From assembly GCA_964618625.1 (NCBI GenBank), contig CAZUBI010000001.1:396901-460900 (forward strand): a DNA stretch of 64,000 bases. The letters run 5' to 3'. This document shows, piece by piece, positions 1 through 10,061 of this stretch (position 1 is the first letter of the stretch; each line of letters starts with the position of its first letter). The notes beneath the pieces were generated by a model. The model had not been told where the DNA came from and did not search any database. It saw nothing but the letters and a program-made list of their open reading frames with translations. This DNA comes from an uncultured Candidatus Saccharibacteria bacterium (GTDB taxonomy: Bacteria; Patescibacteriota; Minisyncoccia; UBA6257). The position numbers and the translations under genes are program-made.

Positions 1-1788
1 ATAATTCTGGATAGTTTTTCCACGTGATGTACGGGAGGTTTCTGTAATTTCAAAAGCGCGTAATTTAAAAAGACGTCCTCGGTCAGTGAAAAACAAAATT
101 TCATCCCTTGTATTACAAGAAACAAGATGTGTTAAAATATCTTCTTCATTTTTTGCTTCGTAAGCTATTACTCCTTTTCCTCCTCTTTTTTGTCCTCGTA
201 AAACATTTGGATTAAATCGTTTTACATATCCATTTTGGGAAAGGGCAATTAATGTTTCTTGCGATGGAATAAGTTGCTCTTCAGTAATGGCTTCTGGTAG
301 ATATGCACGTACTTCAGTTCGTCGTTCATCCCCATATTTTTCTTTTAGTTCTTTAATCTCTTCTTTAATGATATTAGAAATTCTTTTTGGCTTTTTTAGA
401 ATTAATGTATATTTTTCTATTAATTTTTGTTTTTCTGCTAATTCTTTTTCAAGTTTTTTTCTTTCCAATTTTGCCAGATTTTGAAGTTTCATTTCTAGAA
501 TAGCATTTGCCTGGATTTCACTGAAATGATATTTAGCTATAAGTTTTTTCTGCGCGTCTTCTTTGTTTTCAGATGCTTTTATTAATTTGATAATGTTATC
601 AATATGATCTAAGGCTTTTGAAAGCCCTTCTAGTATATGCGCTCTTTCCTTTGCTTTTTTGAGCAAATATTCAATGCGTCGTTTAACAATGTTTTTTCGG
701 TGCGCAACATATTCTTCCAAGATATCTTTTACTGAGAGAACCTGAGGTTGCAATCCGTTTTCTGTCAGAGACAGCATATTTAAATGAAAATTCTTTTCCA
801 GAGATGTAAATTTAAATAATTGATTGAGGATTCTTTTTGGAACTACATTGTTTTTTAACTCAATAACAATTCGAAGCCCTTCTTTATCAGATTCATCTCT
901 AAGGTCTTTTATTCCTTCGATTTTTTTTTCTTCCACCAAATGAGCAATATGAGTTATTAATTCAGCTTTATTTACTTGGTATGGGACTTCTGTAACAATT
1001 ATTTTTCTTGTTTTATCTTCTACGACTTCTGTTTTAGCTCGACAGATTATTTTACCTTTTCCATTTGCGTAAGCCTCCAAGATATTTTGTGTGCCAAAAA
1101 TAATTCCTCCAGTTGGAAAATCAGGACCTTTAATAAAGTTCATCAAATCTTCAACTGAAGCATGTGGATGATCTATTAAATATATAAGGGCATTTGCTAC
1201 TTCTTCTAAGTTATGAGGAAGAATGTTTGTTGCCATCCCTACGGCAATACCCATAGTTCCATTCAGGATAAGCTGTGGTAATTTTGCCGGTAAATATTTA
1301 GGTTCTGTTCTTGTCCCGTCATAATTAGGTATAAAATCTACAGTTTCTTTATCCAAATCTTCTAATAATTCTTCAGCTAAAGGAGTTAATTTTACTTCAG
1401 TATATCTCATTGCAGCTGCTGGATCTCCATCAACGCTACCAAAATTTCCTTGTCCTTTGACTAAAGGGTAACGCAATGAAAAATCTTGAGCCATTCTTAC
1501 CAAGGCGTCGTAAACAGCAATGTCGCTATGTGGATGGTATTTTCCTAATGTATCACCAACTACTGTGGCTGATTTTCTTGATTTTGAACCAGAACCCAGA
1601 CCCAATTCATGCATGGCAAAAAGAATTCGTCTCTGTACTGGTTTGAGCCCATCACGAACATCAGGTAATGCTCTTGAAATAATAATAGACATAGCATAAT
1701 CCAAATAAGACTCTCTGAGTTCCTCAGATATGTTTCTTGGTTGAATCGATTGGGCTTTTTCTTTTTTTTCTTCTTTCTTTTTCTCCAT
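1..1788 (-). CDS. gyrA: DNA gyrase subunit A (3' end outside window)
   Basis: Manual minus-strand translation from ATG 1788: [43 protein letters not shown]; GyrA-box QKRGGKG near 172-192. Not in the ORF track because it runs off the edge. Confidence 0.95.
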   Translation of the reverse strand, partial: MEKKKEEKKEKAQSIQPRNISEELRESYLDYAMSIIISRALPDVRDGLKPVQRRILFAMHELGLGSGSKSRKSATVVGDTLGKYHPHSDIAVYDALVRMAQDFSLRYPLVKGQGNFGSVDGDPAAAMRYTEVKLTPLAEELLEDLDKETVDFIPNYDGTRTEPKYLPAKLPQLILNGTMGIAVGMATNILPHNLEEVANALIYLIDHPHASVEDLMNFIKGPDFPTGGIIFGTQNILEAYANGKGKIICRAKTEVVEDKTRKIIVTEVPYQVNKAELITHIAHLVEEKKIEGIKDLRDESDKEGLRIVIELKNNVVPKRILNQLFKFTSLEKNFHLNMLSLTENGLQPQVLSVKDILEEYVAHRKNIVKRRIEYLLKKAKERAHILEGLSKALDHIDNIIKLIKASENKEDAQKKLIAKYHFSEIQANAILEMKLQNLAKLERKKLEKELAEKQKLIEKYTLILKKPKRISNIIKEEIKELKEKYGDERRTEVRAYLPEAITEEQLIPSQETLIALSQNGYVKRFNPNVLRGQKRGGKGVIAYEAKNEEDILTHLVSCNTRDEILFFTDRGRLFKLRAFEITETSRTSRGKTIQNY

Positions 1789-1825
1789 AGAAATTAACGG
1801 ATTACGTTTAATGCGAATATTTTTA

Positions 1826-1895
1826 TAAGGTTCGGAAATGTTGTTGAGAAAACTATAGCGTTTTGCGTGTTTATGAAACAATATTCCGAATCTTA
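1826..1895. repeat. Dispersed hairpin repeat family A, copy 1
   Basis: Core TTGTTGAGAAAACTATAGCG..GCGTGTTTATGAAACAAT recurs at 40716 and 55315, each with its own closing stem. Confidence 0.8.
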
Positions 1896-1898
1896 AAT

Positions 1899-2507
1899 CT
1901 ATTGCTTATTAAGTGTTATTAATTTTGTTTCTCCTGGTAAATTATTTTTTCTAATAACTAATTTATCCAAAACCTCTGGTTTTTTGCTTATAGCTTTAAG
2001 AAATTTGTCAAGCGAATCTAATTTAATTTTTAAATTAGGCAAAGCATAATGCATAGGAATAATTATTTTCGGTTCTATTTGGTTAATTAGAGAAATTGCT
2101 TCTTCATGATCTATAGTATCATGTCCGCCTATGGGAACAAGGAGAATATCAACATTCGCAACTTTTTCTAAGAGTTCTTCTTTTAAATTCTTTTTCTCTA
2201 AATTGCCTAAATGGCAAAGCGTTATATCTTCTGATTTTACAAGATAAATTGTATTGGATTCTTGCGCTATTCCTTCAATAAAGATTCCTTTAGTTTCTAT
2301 TTCTCCGGGTCCTTCAAGAATTAAGGGATCACCCATAATGACACTTTTATTATTGTGGTTTTCTTGTTGCTGAGTAATGAGAAGGATATCAGATTTAAAT
2401 CGCGGAGGATTTAAACCAGTTGTTGATTTAGAATAAGGATCAATAGCAATAATTTTATTTTTGCTGTCAATACGAAAATATGAATGACCGAACCATTGAA
2501 TAATCAT
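1899..2507 (-). CDS. MBL-fold metallo-hydrolase-like protein
   Basis: WFGHSYF, IDPY, LCHLGNL, PIGG and IPMHY motifs; metal ligands degenerate (TQQQENH). Confidence 0.8.
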   Translation of the reverse strand: MIIQWFGHSYFRIDSKNKIIAIDPYSKSTTGLNPPRFKSDILLITQQQENHNNKSVIMGDPLILEGPGEIETKGIFIEGIAQESNTIYLVKSEDITLCHLGNLEKKNLKEELLEKVANVDILLVPIGGHDTIDHEEAISLINQIEPKIIIPMHYALPNLKIKLDSLDKFLKAISKKPEVLDKLVIRKNNLPGETKLITLNKQ

Positions 2508-2536
2508 AATATTTTTATTTTAACAATAAACATAGC

Positions 2537-3322
2537 TCAATTCAATTTTTTAAACACTCGAACGCTAAGAAACGTTATCACAATATTAAAAGCAAGAAGA
2601 AAAAGGAGGCATACAGGCAAAGAATGCGTAGTCATAAGTAAAATTTCTTCACTATCTAAGGACTTAGAAAGAACAACCCAACGCAGAGCATCTACACTAT
2701 AAGCCAAGGGATTATAATGCGCCATTGTTGCCATCCAAGAGGGGACATTTTTTAGAGGGAAAAAAGCCCCAGATAAAAAAGCCATTGGCGCAATAATTAT
2801 TTGGGAGAGAATGGAAAAACTTTCCATTCTTTTCAAACGGGAAGTAAAGAAAATTCCCAAAGCGGCCATTCCATAACCAATTAGAAAAATAACAAGAACA
2901 ATTTTTATAAATGAAAATATATCAACATTAATGCCCAAATAGGGCATTATGAGTAGAATAAGAACACCTTGCAAAAGGGCAGTTGTAGCTGCCCCTAAGA
3001 TTTTTCCTAAAGCAATATATGATCTACTAATGGGAGAAACCAGGATTTCTTTTAAAAATCCGAATTCTCTATCCCAGACAATAGACATAGTGGATGAAAT
3101 GGCCATAATACTAACACTTAAAGCTAATATTCCGGGAAAAAAGAATTGCACAAAATCATAATGTAAAACGGGTGTAGGAAATATTGTTTTTAATCCAGTA
3201 CCAAAAAATATTAAAATTAGAAGAGGCAAAAATATAGAAGTAAAGAATTTTAAAGAATTGCGTAAATAGATAAGCACTTCTCTATACCAGATTACATAAA
3301 GAGTTTGTAATTTTTTATTCAT
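2537..3322 (-). CDS. ABC-2 type transporter permease
   Basis: Six hydrophobic segments; DREFGFLKEILVSP and LSGAFFP motifs. Confidence 0.9.
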   Translation of the reverse strand: MNKKLQTLYVIWYREVLIYLRNSLKFFTSIFLPLLILIFFGTGLKTIFPTPVLHYDFVQFFFPGILALSVSIMAISSTMSIVWDREFGFLKEILVSPISRSYIALGKILGAATTALLQGVLILLIMPYLGINVDIFSFIKIVLVIFLIGYGMAALGIFFTSRLKRMESFSILSQIIIAPMAFLSGAFFPLKNVPSWMATMAHYNPLAYSVDALRWVVLSKSLDSEEILLMTTHSLPVCLLFLLAFNIVITFLSVRVFKKLN

Positions 3323-4406
3323 CGTTTCTCTGTTTTTGACTTTTTTCTTCTACCTCTGACGAATTAAAAAGAGTAAATAAAGAAGATATATCAAACCCCT
3401 GATTTTCCTCTTCTTCTAATTTTCCATTGATTTCTTCTCTTATTTTTCTGCCCGTAATTTCCAAAAAAACATCTTCTAAAGTGGGCTGCCTCAATTGCAT
3501 TGAAGTGATATGAGGGCTGATAGCCTTAACTAATATTGGCAAGAATTTATCGCCATTATCTATTTCGATTCTTAATTCTTTGCCAATCCATTTGATTGGA
3601 TATTCAGGAAATTTTTTTCGAAATTCTTTCTCCGCTTGTTTATTATTTTCAGTTTTGAAAATAATAATATCACCACCAATCATTCTTTTTAAATTTTTCG
3701 GAGTATCAATAGTTACAATTTTTCCATGGTCTATAATAGCAATTCTGTCGCATCTTTCCGCCTCATTTAGGTATTGGGTGGTTAAAAAAATGGTTGTATT
3801 TTTTTTGCTCCTTACAGTAAAAATATAATCCCAAATTTTTTTTCGTGTTTGTGGGTCTAATCCGACAGTCGGTTCATCCAAAAATAGAATTTGAGGCCAA
3901 TGTATTAAAGCCCGGACAAGTTCCAGTCTTCTTTTCATACCGCCTGAGAATGTTTCAACTTTCATTTTTCTTTTATTCCAAAGCTCACATAGCTTTAAAA
4001 TTTCCCTTTTCCTTATAATAAAATCTTTTCTAGAAACTCCGTAAAGCATTGCATGAAGATAAAGATTTTCTTCGGCAGTTAAGTGGTTGTCCAAAGTTGT
4101 CTCTTGAAAAACCAAACCAATAGATTCCCTTACAAGATTTGGTTGATTTACTACATGATAACCGTTTACATACGCTAATCCAGAATTAGGTAAAGTAAGT
4201 GTGCAGAGAATATTAATGGTTGTAGTTTTACCTGCTCCATTAGGACCCAAGAAACCAAAAACCTCACCCCTTTTTACAGAAAAAGAAATCCCATCAAGGG
4301 CTGTTATATGTTTATATCTTTTTTTGAGATTTTTTACTTGGATAATCTCAAGAATATTGTTTTGATTTTCTTCAGTTTGTTCAGCTTTTTCTGATAAATC
4401 CTCCAT
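3315..4406 (-). CDS. ABC transporter ATP-binding protein (DrrA-like)
   Basis: GPNGAGKTT, FSGGM, LFLDEPT, C-terminal PTLEDVF. Confidence 0.92.
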   Translation of the reverse strand: MEDLSEKAEQTEENQNNILEIIQVKNLKKRYKHITALDGISFSVKRGEVFGFLGPNGAGKTTTINILCTLTLPNSGLAYVNGYHVVNQPNLVRESIGLVFQETTLDNHLTAEENLYLHAMLYGVSRKDFIIRKREILKLCELWNKRKMKVETFSGGMKRRLELVRALIHWPQILFLDEPTVGLDPQTRKKIWDYIFTVRSKKNTTIFLTTQYLNEAERCDRIAIIDHGKIVTIDTPKNLKRMIGGDIIIFKTENNKQAEKEFRKKFPEYPIKWIGKELRIEIDNGDKFLPILVKAISPHITSMQLRQPTLEDVFLEITGRKIREEINGKLEEEENQGFDISSLFTLFNSSEVEEKSQKQRNDE

Positions 4407-4428
4407 AGAATTAGATTAAAAATATTTT

Positions 4429-5439
4429 TTATATCAATCCCATCTTTTCTTTTACCTCTTTGAGAGTTTGTTTGGCAATTTGAGAAGCGTATTTTTGCCC
4501 CTGCTCTAAGATTTCATCTACTATTTCAGGTCGCTCTTCATAATATTTTCTTTTTTTCTGGATTGGTTTTAATTCTTTATATATTGCCTCAGCGAGTTCG
4601 TCTTTTAATCCTTTATATTTAATTCCTGAGCTAAGATATAATTTTTCATATGATTTTCTTTTTTCCTTGCCTTCAAACAATTCAATTAACATTAATAAAA
4701 CAGCTATTCCTCCTTTTTCTGGCACTTTTTTGCCTTTTCCTGAATCTGTTGGAACTTTTGCCAACTTTTTCTTAATTGTGGGTAAATCGTCAATCAGATT
4801 AATATAACTGCCTGGTTTTGATTTTGACATTTTTCCTTCTCCAGTTAAAGAAGGGATATAAGAAAATGGCATAAGATATGTTTGAGGCTCAGGAAAGGTT
4901 TGGCCAAAATGGCGGTTAAAAGCCCGCGCAATTTCTCTTGTTACTTCTAAGTGAGGAGCTTGGTCTTTCCCAACTGGGACAAATTGAGCTTTATATAAAA
5001 GAATATCTGCTGCCATAAGAATAGGATAATAAAAAAGTCCCATATTAATATATCTAGGTTGTTCTTTTTTCTTGTCTTTATAAGTAGGAAGTTGTTCTAA
5101 GCGGGACACTGGATAGATTGTGCTTAGAAGATATGCTAATTCTATATGTTCTGGAATTTGGGATTGAATTATTAAATGGCATTTTTTAGGGTCTAAACCG
5201 CATGCTAAATATTCTAAAACTACTTCTCGAACATTGTCTTGAAAAGTTTTTGGGTTATATGGCGAAGTAATACCATGAAGATCCACAACCGCATAGATAC
5301 AATCATGATTCTTTTTGTTCTGGAACTCAATATATCCTTTTAAGCCGCCTAAATAATTGCCTAAATGAAGAAAACCAGTAGGTCTGCTACCGGAAAAAAT
5401 TCGGGTTTTGAAATTGTCTTTTTTTGCCTTTTTATCCAT
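4429..5439 (-). CDS. trpS: Tryptophan--tRNA ligase
   Basis: PTGFLHLGNY, YPILMAADIL, VPVGKDQ, KMSKS. Confidence 0.96.
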   Translation of the reverse strand: MDKKAKKDNFKTRIFSGSRPTGFLHLGNYLGGLKGYIEFQNKKNHDCIYAVVDLHGITSPYNPKTFQDNVREVVLEYLACGLDPKKCHLIIQSQIPEHIELAYLLSTIYPVSRLEQLPTYKDKKKEQPRYINMGLFYYPILMAADILLYKAQFVPVGKDQAPHLEVTREIARAFNRHFGQTFPEPQTYLMPFSYIPSLTGEGKMSKSKPGSYINLIDDLPTIKKKLAKVPTDSGKGKKVPEKGGIAVLLMLIELFEGKEKRKSYEKLYLSSGIKYKGLKDELAEAIYKELKPIQKKRKYYEERPEIVDEILEQGQKYASQIAKQTLKEVKEKMGLI

Positions 5440-5444
5440 GAATT

Positions 5445-5518
5445 TGGAGCGGGTAACGGGACTCGAACCCGTGTCTGAATCTTGGAAGGATTCCGTACTG
5501 CCACTATACTATACCCGC
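5445..5518 (-). tRNA. tRNA-Gly(TCC)
   Basis: Cloverleaf GCGGGTA...TACCCGCT-CCA; anticodon loop CTTCCAA. Confidence 0.95.
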
Positions 5519-5600
5519 AAGTAAACAAAAGAGATCTTTAAAGACCTCTTTTTATTTTAACTCTTATTTTTCTAAAAATCAATCCTAATATTAGAAGGGG

Positions 5601-5628
5601 TTGACAAACTATTTTTCTTTGTTATAAT
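5601..5628 (+). promoter_or_regulatory. Consensus sigma70 promoter
   Basis: TTGACA-16 nt-TATAAT with extended -10 TG. Confidence 0.7.
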
Positions 5629-5630
5629 GG

Positions 5631-5680
5631 AAGTGCTGTCGTTTTGAGAAGCTTGCTTCAAAGAACGGCGGCATTTTTTT
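5631..5680 (+). ncRNA. Candidate ~50-nt hairpin small RNA
   Basis: Directly after the promoter; 14-bp stem with G-U pairs valid only on the + strand, then a T-run. Confidence 0.35.
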
Positions 5681-5684
5681 ATCT

Positions 5685-7415
5685 TTAGATTTCCTTTAAA
5701 ACTTTGACCCCTAATATTTCTAATCCTTTTTCAAGAACATTAGTGGTAGCTTTTAGAAGAACAAGCTGGGCATTTTGCCGGGCTTTATTTTTTTCTTTTA
5801 ACACAGGCACAGTTTCGTAATATTTGTTAGTTAAATCAGCTAATGATAAAAGATAAGTAGCTAAATAATTTGGTGAGTATTTTTCAGCACTGGCTTGAAT
5901 TATTTCTGGAAATTCAGATAATTTTTTAATAAGATAAATTTCCAATTCATTGGTTAGTAATTTGCAATCATATTTTCCGATTTTTTTGGCTTTAAAGAGA
6001 ATTTTATTTATACGGGCATAGGCATATTGAAGGTAAACACTTGTATCTCCTGAAAAATCAAGAATCTTTTTCCAATCAAAAACAATATCAGAATTACGGA
6101 ATGATTTTAAATCGTTAAATTTCAAAGCACCAATTGCAATTGTTTGGGCTAATTTTTTTTGTTCTGCTAACGGCCATTGGGATTTCTTTTCTTTAATTAT
6201 TTCCAATGATTTTTCGATTACTTGATTAATAACCTGTTCGAGAGGGATAATTCCTCCTTCTCTAGTGGAGAACTTTTTCCTTTTTTCTGATAGGACTAAG
6301 CCAAATTTAATATGGACTAATTCAGTTTTTTCTTTTGGAAGAATAATTTTTAATAGAGTAAAAAGTTGTTTAAAATGCATGTCTTGTTCATTGCCAACAA
6401 CATAAAGAATTTTTGCAGGGCGATATTTCTTTAAACGGTATTTTAGTAAAGCTAAATCGCGGGTAAGATATAAACTTGCTTCGTCTGATTTTTGAATTAA
6501 GGCGGGGGGAAGATTATATTTTTCTAAAGGAACAATAAGCGCTCCTTGGCTTTTTTGCGCCAAATTCTTTCTTTTCAGAAGATTTACTAGCGGCATTAAA
6601 TCTTTTTCAAAAAAACTCTCGCCTAAAAGAAGGTCAAATTTAATATCTAAAAGCTTATATATTTTTTGAAAATCTTTTATAGATTCTTTTTTGAACCAGA
6701 GCCATAATTTCCTGTTTTCTTTGTTACCTTTTTCTAATTTTTTGAATTCTTCTTGTCCTAATTTTTGCAAATCCGGATCATTCTTCATTTCTTGGTGGAA
6801 TTTTATATAAAGGGTAAGAAGGGCAGAGATGGGGCTTTTTTCTATTTTCTTTTTTTCTCCCCAAAGTTTGTAAGCGGCAATTAACTTTCCAAATTGAGTA
6901 CCCCAATCGCCAAGATAATTCCAGCGGATAACTTTATAACCCAACGCCTCATATAAATTAGCCAATGTTTCACCAATGATTGTGGAACGTAAATGCCCAA
7001 TGTGCATTGGTTTGGCAATATTAGGGGAAGAATAATCAATTATTATCGTTTTGTTTTTACCTGTTTTTGAAAGCCCAAATTTTGTTTTTTGTTTATATAT
7101 GGTTTCTAATTCTTTCTCGATGAATTCTTTATTAATAAAGAAATTAATAAAACCATTTTTAGCTAATTCTATTTTTTTTATCTCCTTCGGCAGTTTTTTC
7201 TGCATCTGATTTATTAAAATTGTAGCTATGTCAAAAGGAGATTTTTTAATATCTTTACTAATGGAAAAAGCTATAGTTGTGCTGTAGTCTCCATATTGCT
7301 CGTTTTTTGGCATTCCTAATAAAACATTAGGGATGGAAGAAAGAGACCATTTATTTTTTATAGCTGTTTTTTTACAGGATTCTTGAACGAAGCTTTTGAT
7401 TATTTGTTTTAGCAT
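5685..7415 (-). CDS. argS: Arginine--tRNA ligase
   Basis: DYSSPNIAKPMHIGHLRSTIIG, GDWGTQFG, KFSTREG, YLQYAYAR. Confidence 0.97.
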   Translation of the reverse strand: MLKQIIKSFVQESCKKTAIKNKWSLSSIPNVLLGMPKNEQYGDYSTTIAFSISKDIKKSPFDIATILINQMQKKLPKEIKKIELAKNGFINFFINKEFIEKELETIYKQKTKFGLSKTGKNKTIIIDYSSPNIAKPMHIGHLRSTIIGETLANLYEALGYKVIRWNYLGDWGTQFGKLIAAYKLWGEKKKIEKSPISALLTLYIKFHQEMKNDPDLQKLGQEEFKKLEKGNKENRKLWLWFKKESIKDFQKIYKLLDIKFDLLLGESFFEKDLMPLVNLLKRKNLAQKSQGALIVPLEKYNLPPALIQKSDEASLYLTRDLALLKYRLKKYRPAKILYVVGNEQDMHFKQLFTLLKIILPKEKTELVHIKFGLVLSEKRKKFSTREGGIIPLEQVINQVIEKSLEIIKEKKSQWPLAEQKKLAQTIAIGALKFNDLKSFRNSDIVFDWKKILDFSGDTSVYLQYAYARINKILFKAKKIGKYDCKLLTNELEIYLIKKLSEFPEIIQASAEKYSPNYLATYLLSLADLTNKYYETVPVLKEKNKARQNAQLVLLKATTNVLEKGLEILGVKVLKEI

Positions 7416-7424
7416 ATTTTCATA

Positions 7425-8168
7425 TTAAATTAAAATTACCATGCTTAATATTATTAGATAAAGCGAGAACCAAAAATATTTTCCTCTTTTTAATATTTTT
7501 TCTAAAATTTTTAAACTAATAATTCCTATAAAGAATGAAATTAACATTCCTATTCCGCCTAATAAATAACTATTTTCTCCTTGTTGTATTAATGCAGGCA
7601 GTTGTAAGATAACAGCTCCGAAAATAACAGGAAGAGCTAAAAGAAAAGAAAATTTGAAAGCAATTTCCGGCTTTAATTTTCTTAATAATCCTGCAGAAAT
7701 AGTAAACCCAGAACGGGAAATTCCCGGGAAAAGAGCAACTGCTTGAGCAATTCCTATTATTAAAGCGTCAGACCAGGATATAGTATCTTTTTGAGCTTTT
7801 GAAAATTTAGTTAGTAAAAGGAACAAGGCAGTAATTAAAAAAGATAAACCGATAAATTTCAAAGACACAAAACTTTGTTCAATCTTTGTTTGGAAGAGAA
7901 CACCAAAAATTACGGCTGGAATTGTTCCAATAATAATAAGTTTAATTAATTGCCAGTTTTTACTGTAAAATATTCTTTTAATCTCTTGCCAAAATACTGC
8001 CAATATAGCTCCTAATGTTCCAAAATGAAGAAGAGCGTCAAATGTTATTGAAGATTTTGGCAAATTCCAGAGAATTTGCAGTACAGCTAAATGGCCAGAA
8101 CTGGAAATTGGCAGGAATTCAGTTATGCCTTGTGTAATAGCTAAAATAATTGCTTGAAATACGTTCAT
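7425..8168 (-). CDS. uppP: Undecaprenyl-diphosphate phosphatase
   Basis: QGITEFLPISSSGH, PGISRSG. Confidence 0.95.
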   Translation of the reverse strand: MNVFQAIILAITQGITEFLPISSSGHLAVLQILWNLPKSSITFDALLHFGTLGAILAVFWQEIKRIFYSKNWQLIKLIIIGTIPAVIFGVLFQTKIEQSFVSLKFIGLSFLITALFLLLTKFSKAQKDTISWSDALIIGIAQAVALFPGISRSGFTISAGLLRKLKPEIAFKFSFLLALPVIFGAVILQLPALIQQGENSYLLGGIGMLISFFIGIISLKILEKILKRGKYFWFSLYLIILSMVILI

Positions 8169-8173
8169 ATTAT

Positions 8174-8247
8174 TGGTCGGGCCGCCGAGATTTGAACTCG
8201 GGCTAAATCCTCCCGGGGGATTCGTGCTGCCACTACACTACGGCCCG
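8174..8247 (-). tRNA. tRNA-Pro(CGG), C at position 33
   Basis: C1-G72 acceptor, A73, CCA; anticodon arm AATCC-CCCGGGA-GGATT. Confidence 0.9.
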
Positions 8248-9756
8248 TTAATTTACATAATATTTCTTTTTAATTTCTTTTTCATCTTCTTCTAAAAGGT
8301 TTTTGTATTTTTTTTGGGCTATTTTGTGTTTTTTCTTTAATTCATTTTGAGAAAGCAGGCTTATTTCTTTAGCCTCTTTTTCCATATATTTTTTATTGTT
8401 CTTTTTAGGATCATCTAATACTTGTTCTAATAAAATACTTAAGATTGCTCCAATTTTAGGTCCTGGTTCAATACCTAATGTTTTTATTATATCATTTCCA
8501 TTTATTTTTAATATTTTAAGAGATGGCTGTTGTCCCTCTAATTCTTTCAATACTTTTTCTACGCGGAATAAGAAATGACGAAGACGAAAAGGAAGAGCTT
8601 TGGGGCATCCAGATCCTATTCTATCAGCCTCTCTTACTTGAGCTAATTCCTGAATATTTTCTTTTCCGACTTTAACTAATAATCTGCGTATAGCAGCATC
8701 TGTAGTAATTTCTGGATCATAAACAAAACCATGGTAACGTACTAATTTGATAATCTTTTCTGATTTATTTTTTGGAAATTTTAAACGATTTAAAATGCGA
8801 GCTGTAATTTTAGCTCCTTGCCATTCATGGTTATAAAAAGTAGCGTCTATGCCTTCGCCTTCTTTAGTATATGGTTTTCCAATGTCATGAAATAAACTGG
8901 CTAATTTTACTTCTAAACCATATTCTTTTTTGCAGGCATATTTTAAAGAGCGCCAAGCATGTTCCCAAACAGTATAAATATGGTGTTTGTTTTGAGTTAC
9001 CCCAATGCCTTTTTCTAATTCCGGAATAATTTGTTTTAACAAATCATTTTCTTGCAAAAGAAAAATTCCTTTAACTGCTTGTGGAGAATTGATAATTTTG
9101 ATTAATTCATCGCGAATTCTTTCTTTAGAAATAAAAGCGAGAAGAGAAGCATTATCTTTTATAGCTTTTGATGTTTTGGGTTCTACTTGAAAATTTATCT
9201 CGCAGGCAAAACGAATAGCTCGCATTAAGCGTAAGCCATCTTCAGAAAATCGTTCTTTTGCATTTCCTACAGTTCTGATAAGTTTGTTTTGAAGATCTTT
9301 CTGGCCATCAAAAGGATCAACTAAAGTGTATTCCGTATTCTGTATTGCGTATTCTGTGTTTTTGGGTTTTATTGCCATTGCATTTATTGTAAAATCACGG
9401 CGGCTCAAGTCTTCTTCAATTGTTTTAGCGAATTCTATTTTATCAGGGTGGCGTTTGTCGCTGTATTTTCCTTCTTTTCTAAAGGTGGTAATCTCAATAA
9501 TTTTTAGAGCAACATTTTCTGAACCGGTTTTTACCGCAACAGTGCCGAATTCATTTTCATAAACACAATCAGGAAAAATTTTCTGGATTTGTTCGGGCTT
9601 GGCATTAGTAGTGATATCCCAATCTTTAGGATTTCTTTTTAATTTTTTGGTTTCACTCAAGACAAGATATCTAACACAACCCCCAACAATATAGGCTTCA
9701 AAATCAGCTTGATTAAGTTTTTCTATTATTTCCATCACTTCTAAAGGTATTTGCAT
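8248..9756 (-). CDS. cca: CCA tRNA nucleotidyltransferase with HD domain
   Basis: VGGCVR, DWDITT, DLSRRDFTINAMA, EDGLRLMRAIRF, FHDIGK. Confidence 0.88.
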   Translation of the reverse strand: MQIPLEVMEIIEKLNQADFEAYIVGGCVRYLVLSETKKLKRNPKDWDITTNAKPEQIQKIFPDCVYENEFGTVAVKTGSENVALKIIEITTFRKEGKYSDKRHPDKIEFAKTIEEDLSRRDFTINAMAIKPKNTEYAIQNTEYTLVDPFDGQKDLQNKLIRTVGNAKERFSEDGLRLMRAIRFACEINFQVEPKTSKAIKDNASLLAFISKERIRDELIKIINSPQAVKGIFLLQENDLLKQIIPELEKGIGVTQNKHHIYTVWEHAWRSLKYACKKEYGLEVKLASLFHDIGKPYTKEGEGIDATFYNHEWQGAKITARILNRLKFPKNKSEKIIKLVRYHGFVYDPEITTDAAIRRLLVKVGKENIQELAQVREADRIGSGCPKALPFRLRHFLFRVEKVLKELEGQQPSLKILKINGNDIIKTLGIEPGPKIGAILSILLEQVLDDPKKNNKKYMEKEAKEISLLSQNELKKKHKIAQKKYKNLLEEDEKEIKKKYYVN

Positions 9757-9827
9757 ATTTAAAGTTTTTTTACTATACTTGGAAGATTCCTCTAATCATA
9801 AAGCAAAACAGTTTTTTTTTCAATCCT

Positions 9828-9901
9828 GCCCTCGTAGCTCAACTGGATAGAGTGTGTGGCTTCGGACCACAAGGTTGCAGGTTCGAATCCTGCCGAGGGC
9901 A
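9828..9901 (+). tRNA. tRNA-Arg(TCG)
   Basis: Cloverleaf; anticodon arm TGTGG-CTTCGGA-CCACA; CCA not encoded. Confidence 0.93.
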
Positions 9902-9919
9902 CGACAATAAATTATTTGA

Positions 9920-9992
9920 GCCCCCATAGCTCAATTGGTAGAGCAGATTCCTCTTAAGAATAAGGTTCCAGGTTCGAGTCCTGGTGGGGGCA
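9920..9992 (+). tRNA. tRNA-Lys(CTT)
   Basis: Cloverleaf; anticodon loop CTCTTAA. Confidence 0.93.
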
Positions 9993-10061
9993 CTATTTGA
10001 AAGGATAAATTTTAGAATAATTTTATTTGTTTTTGTACTTTTGTTGTGATAGAATGGAATA

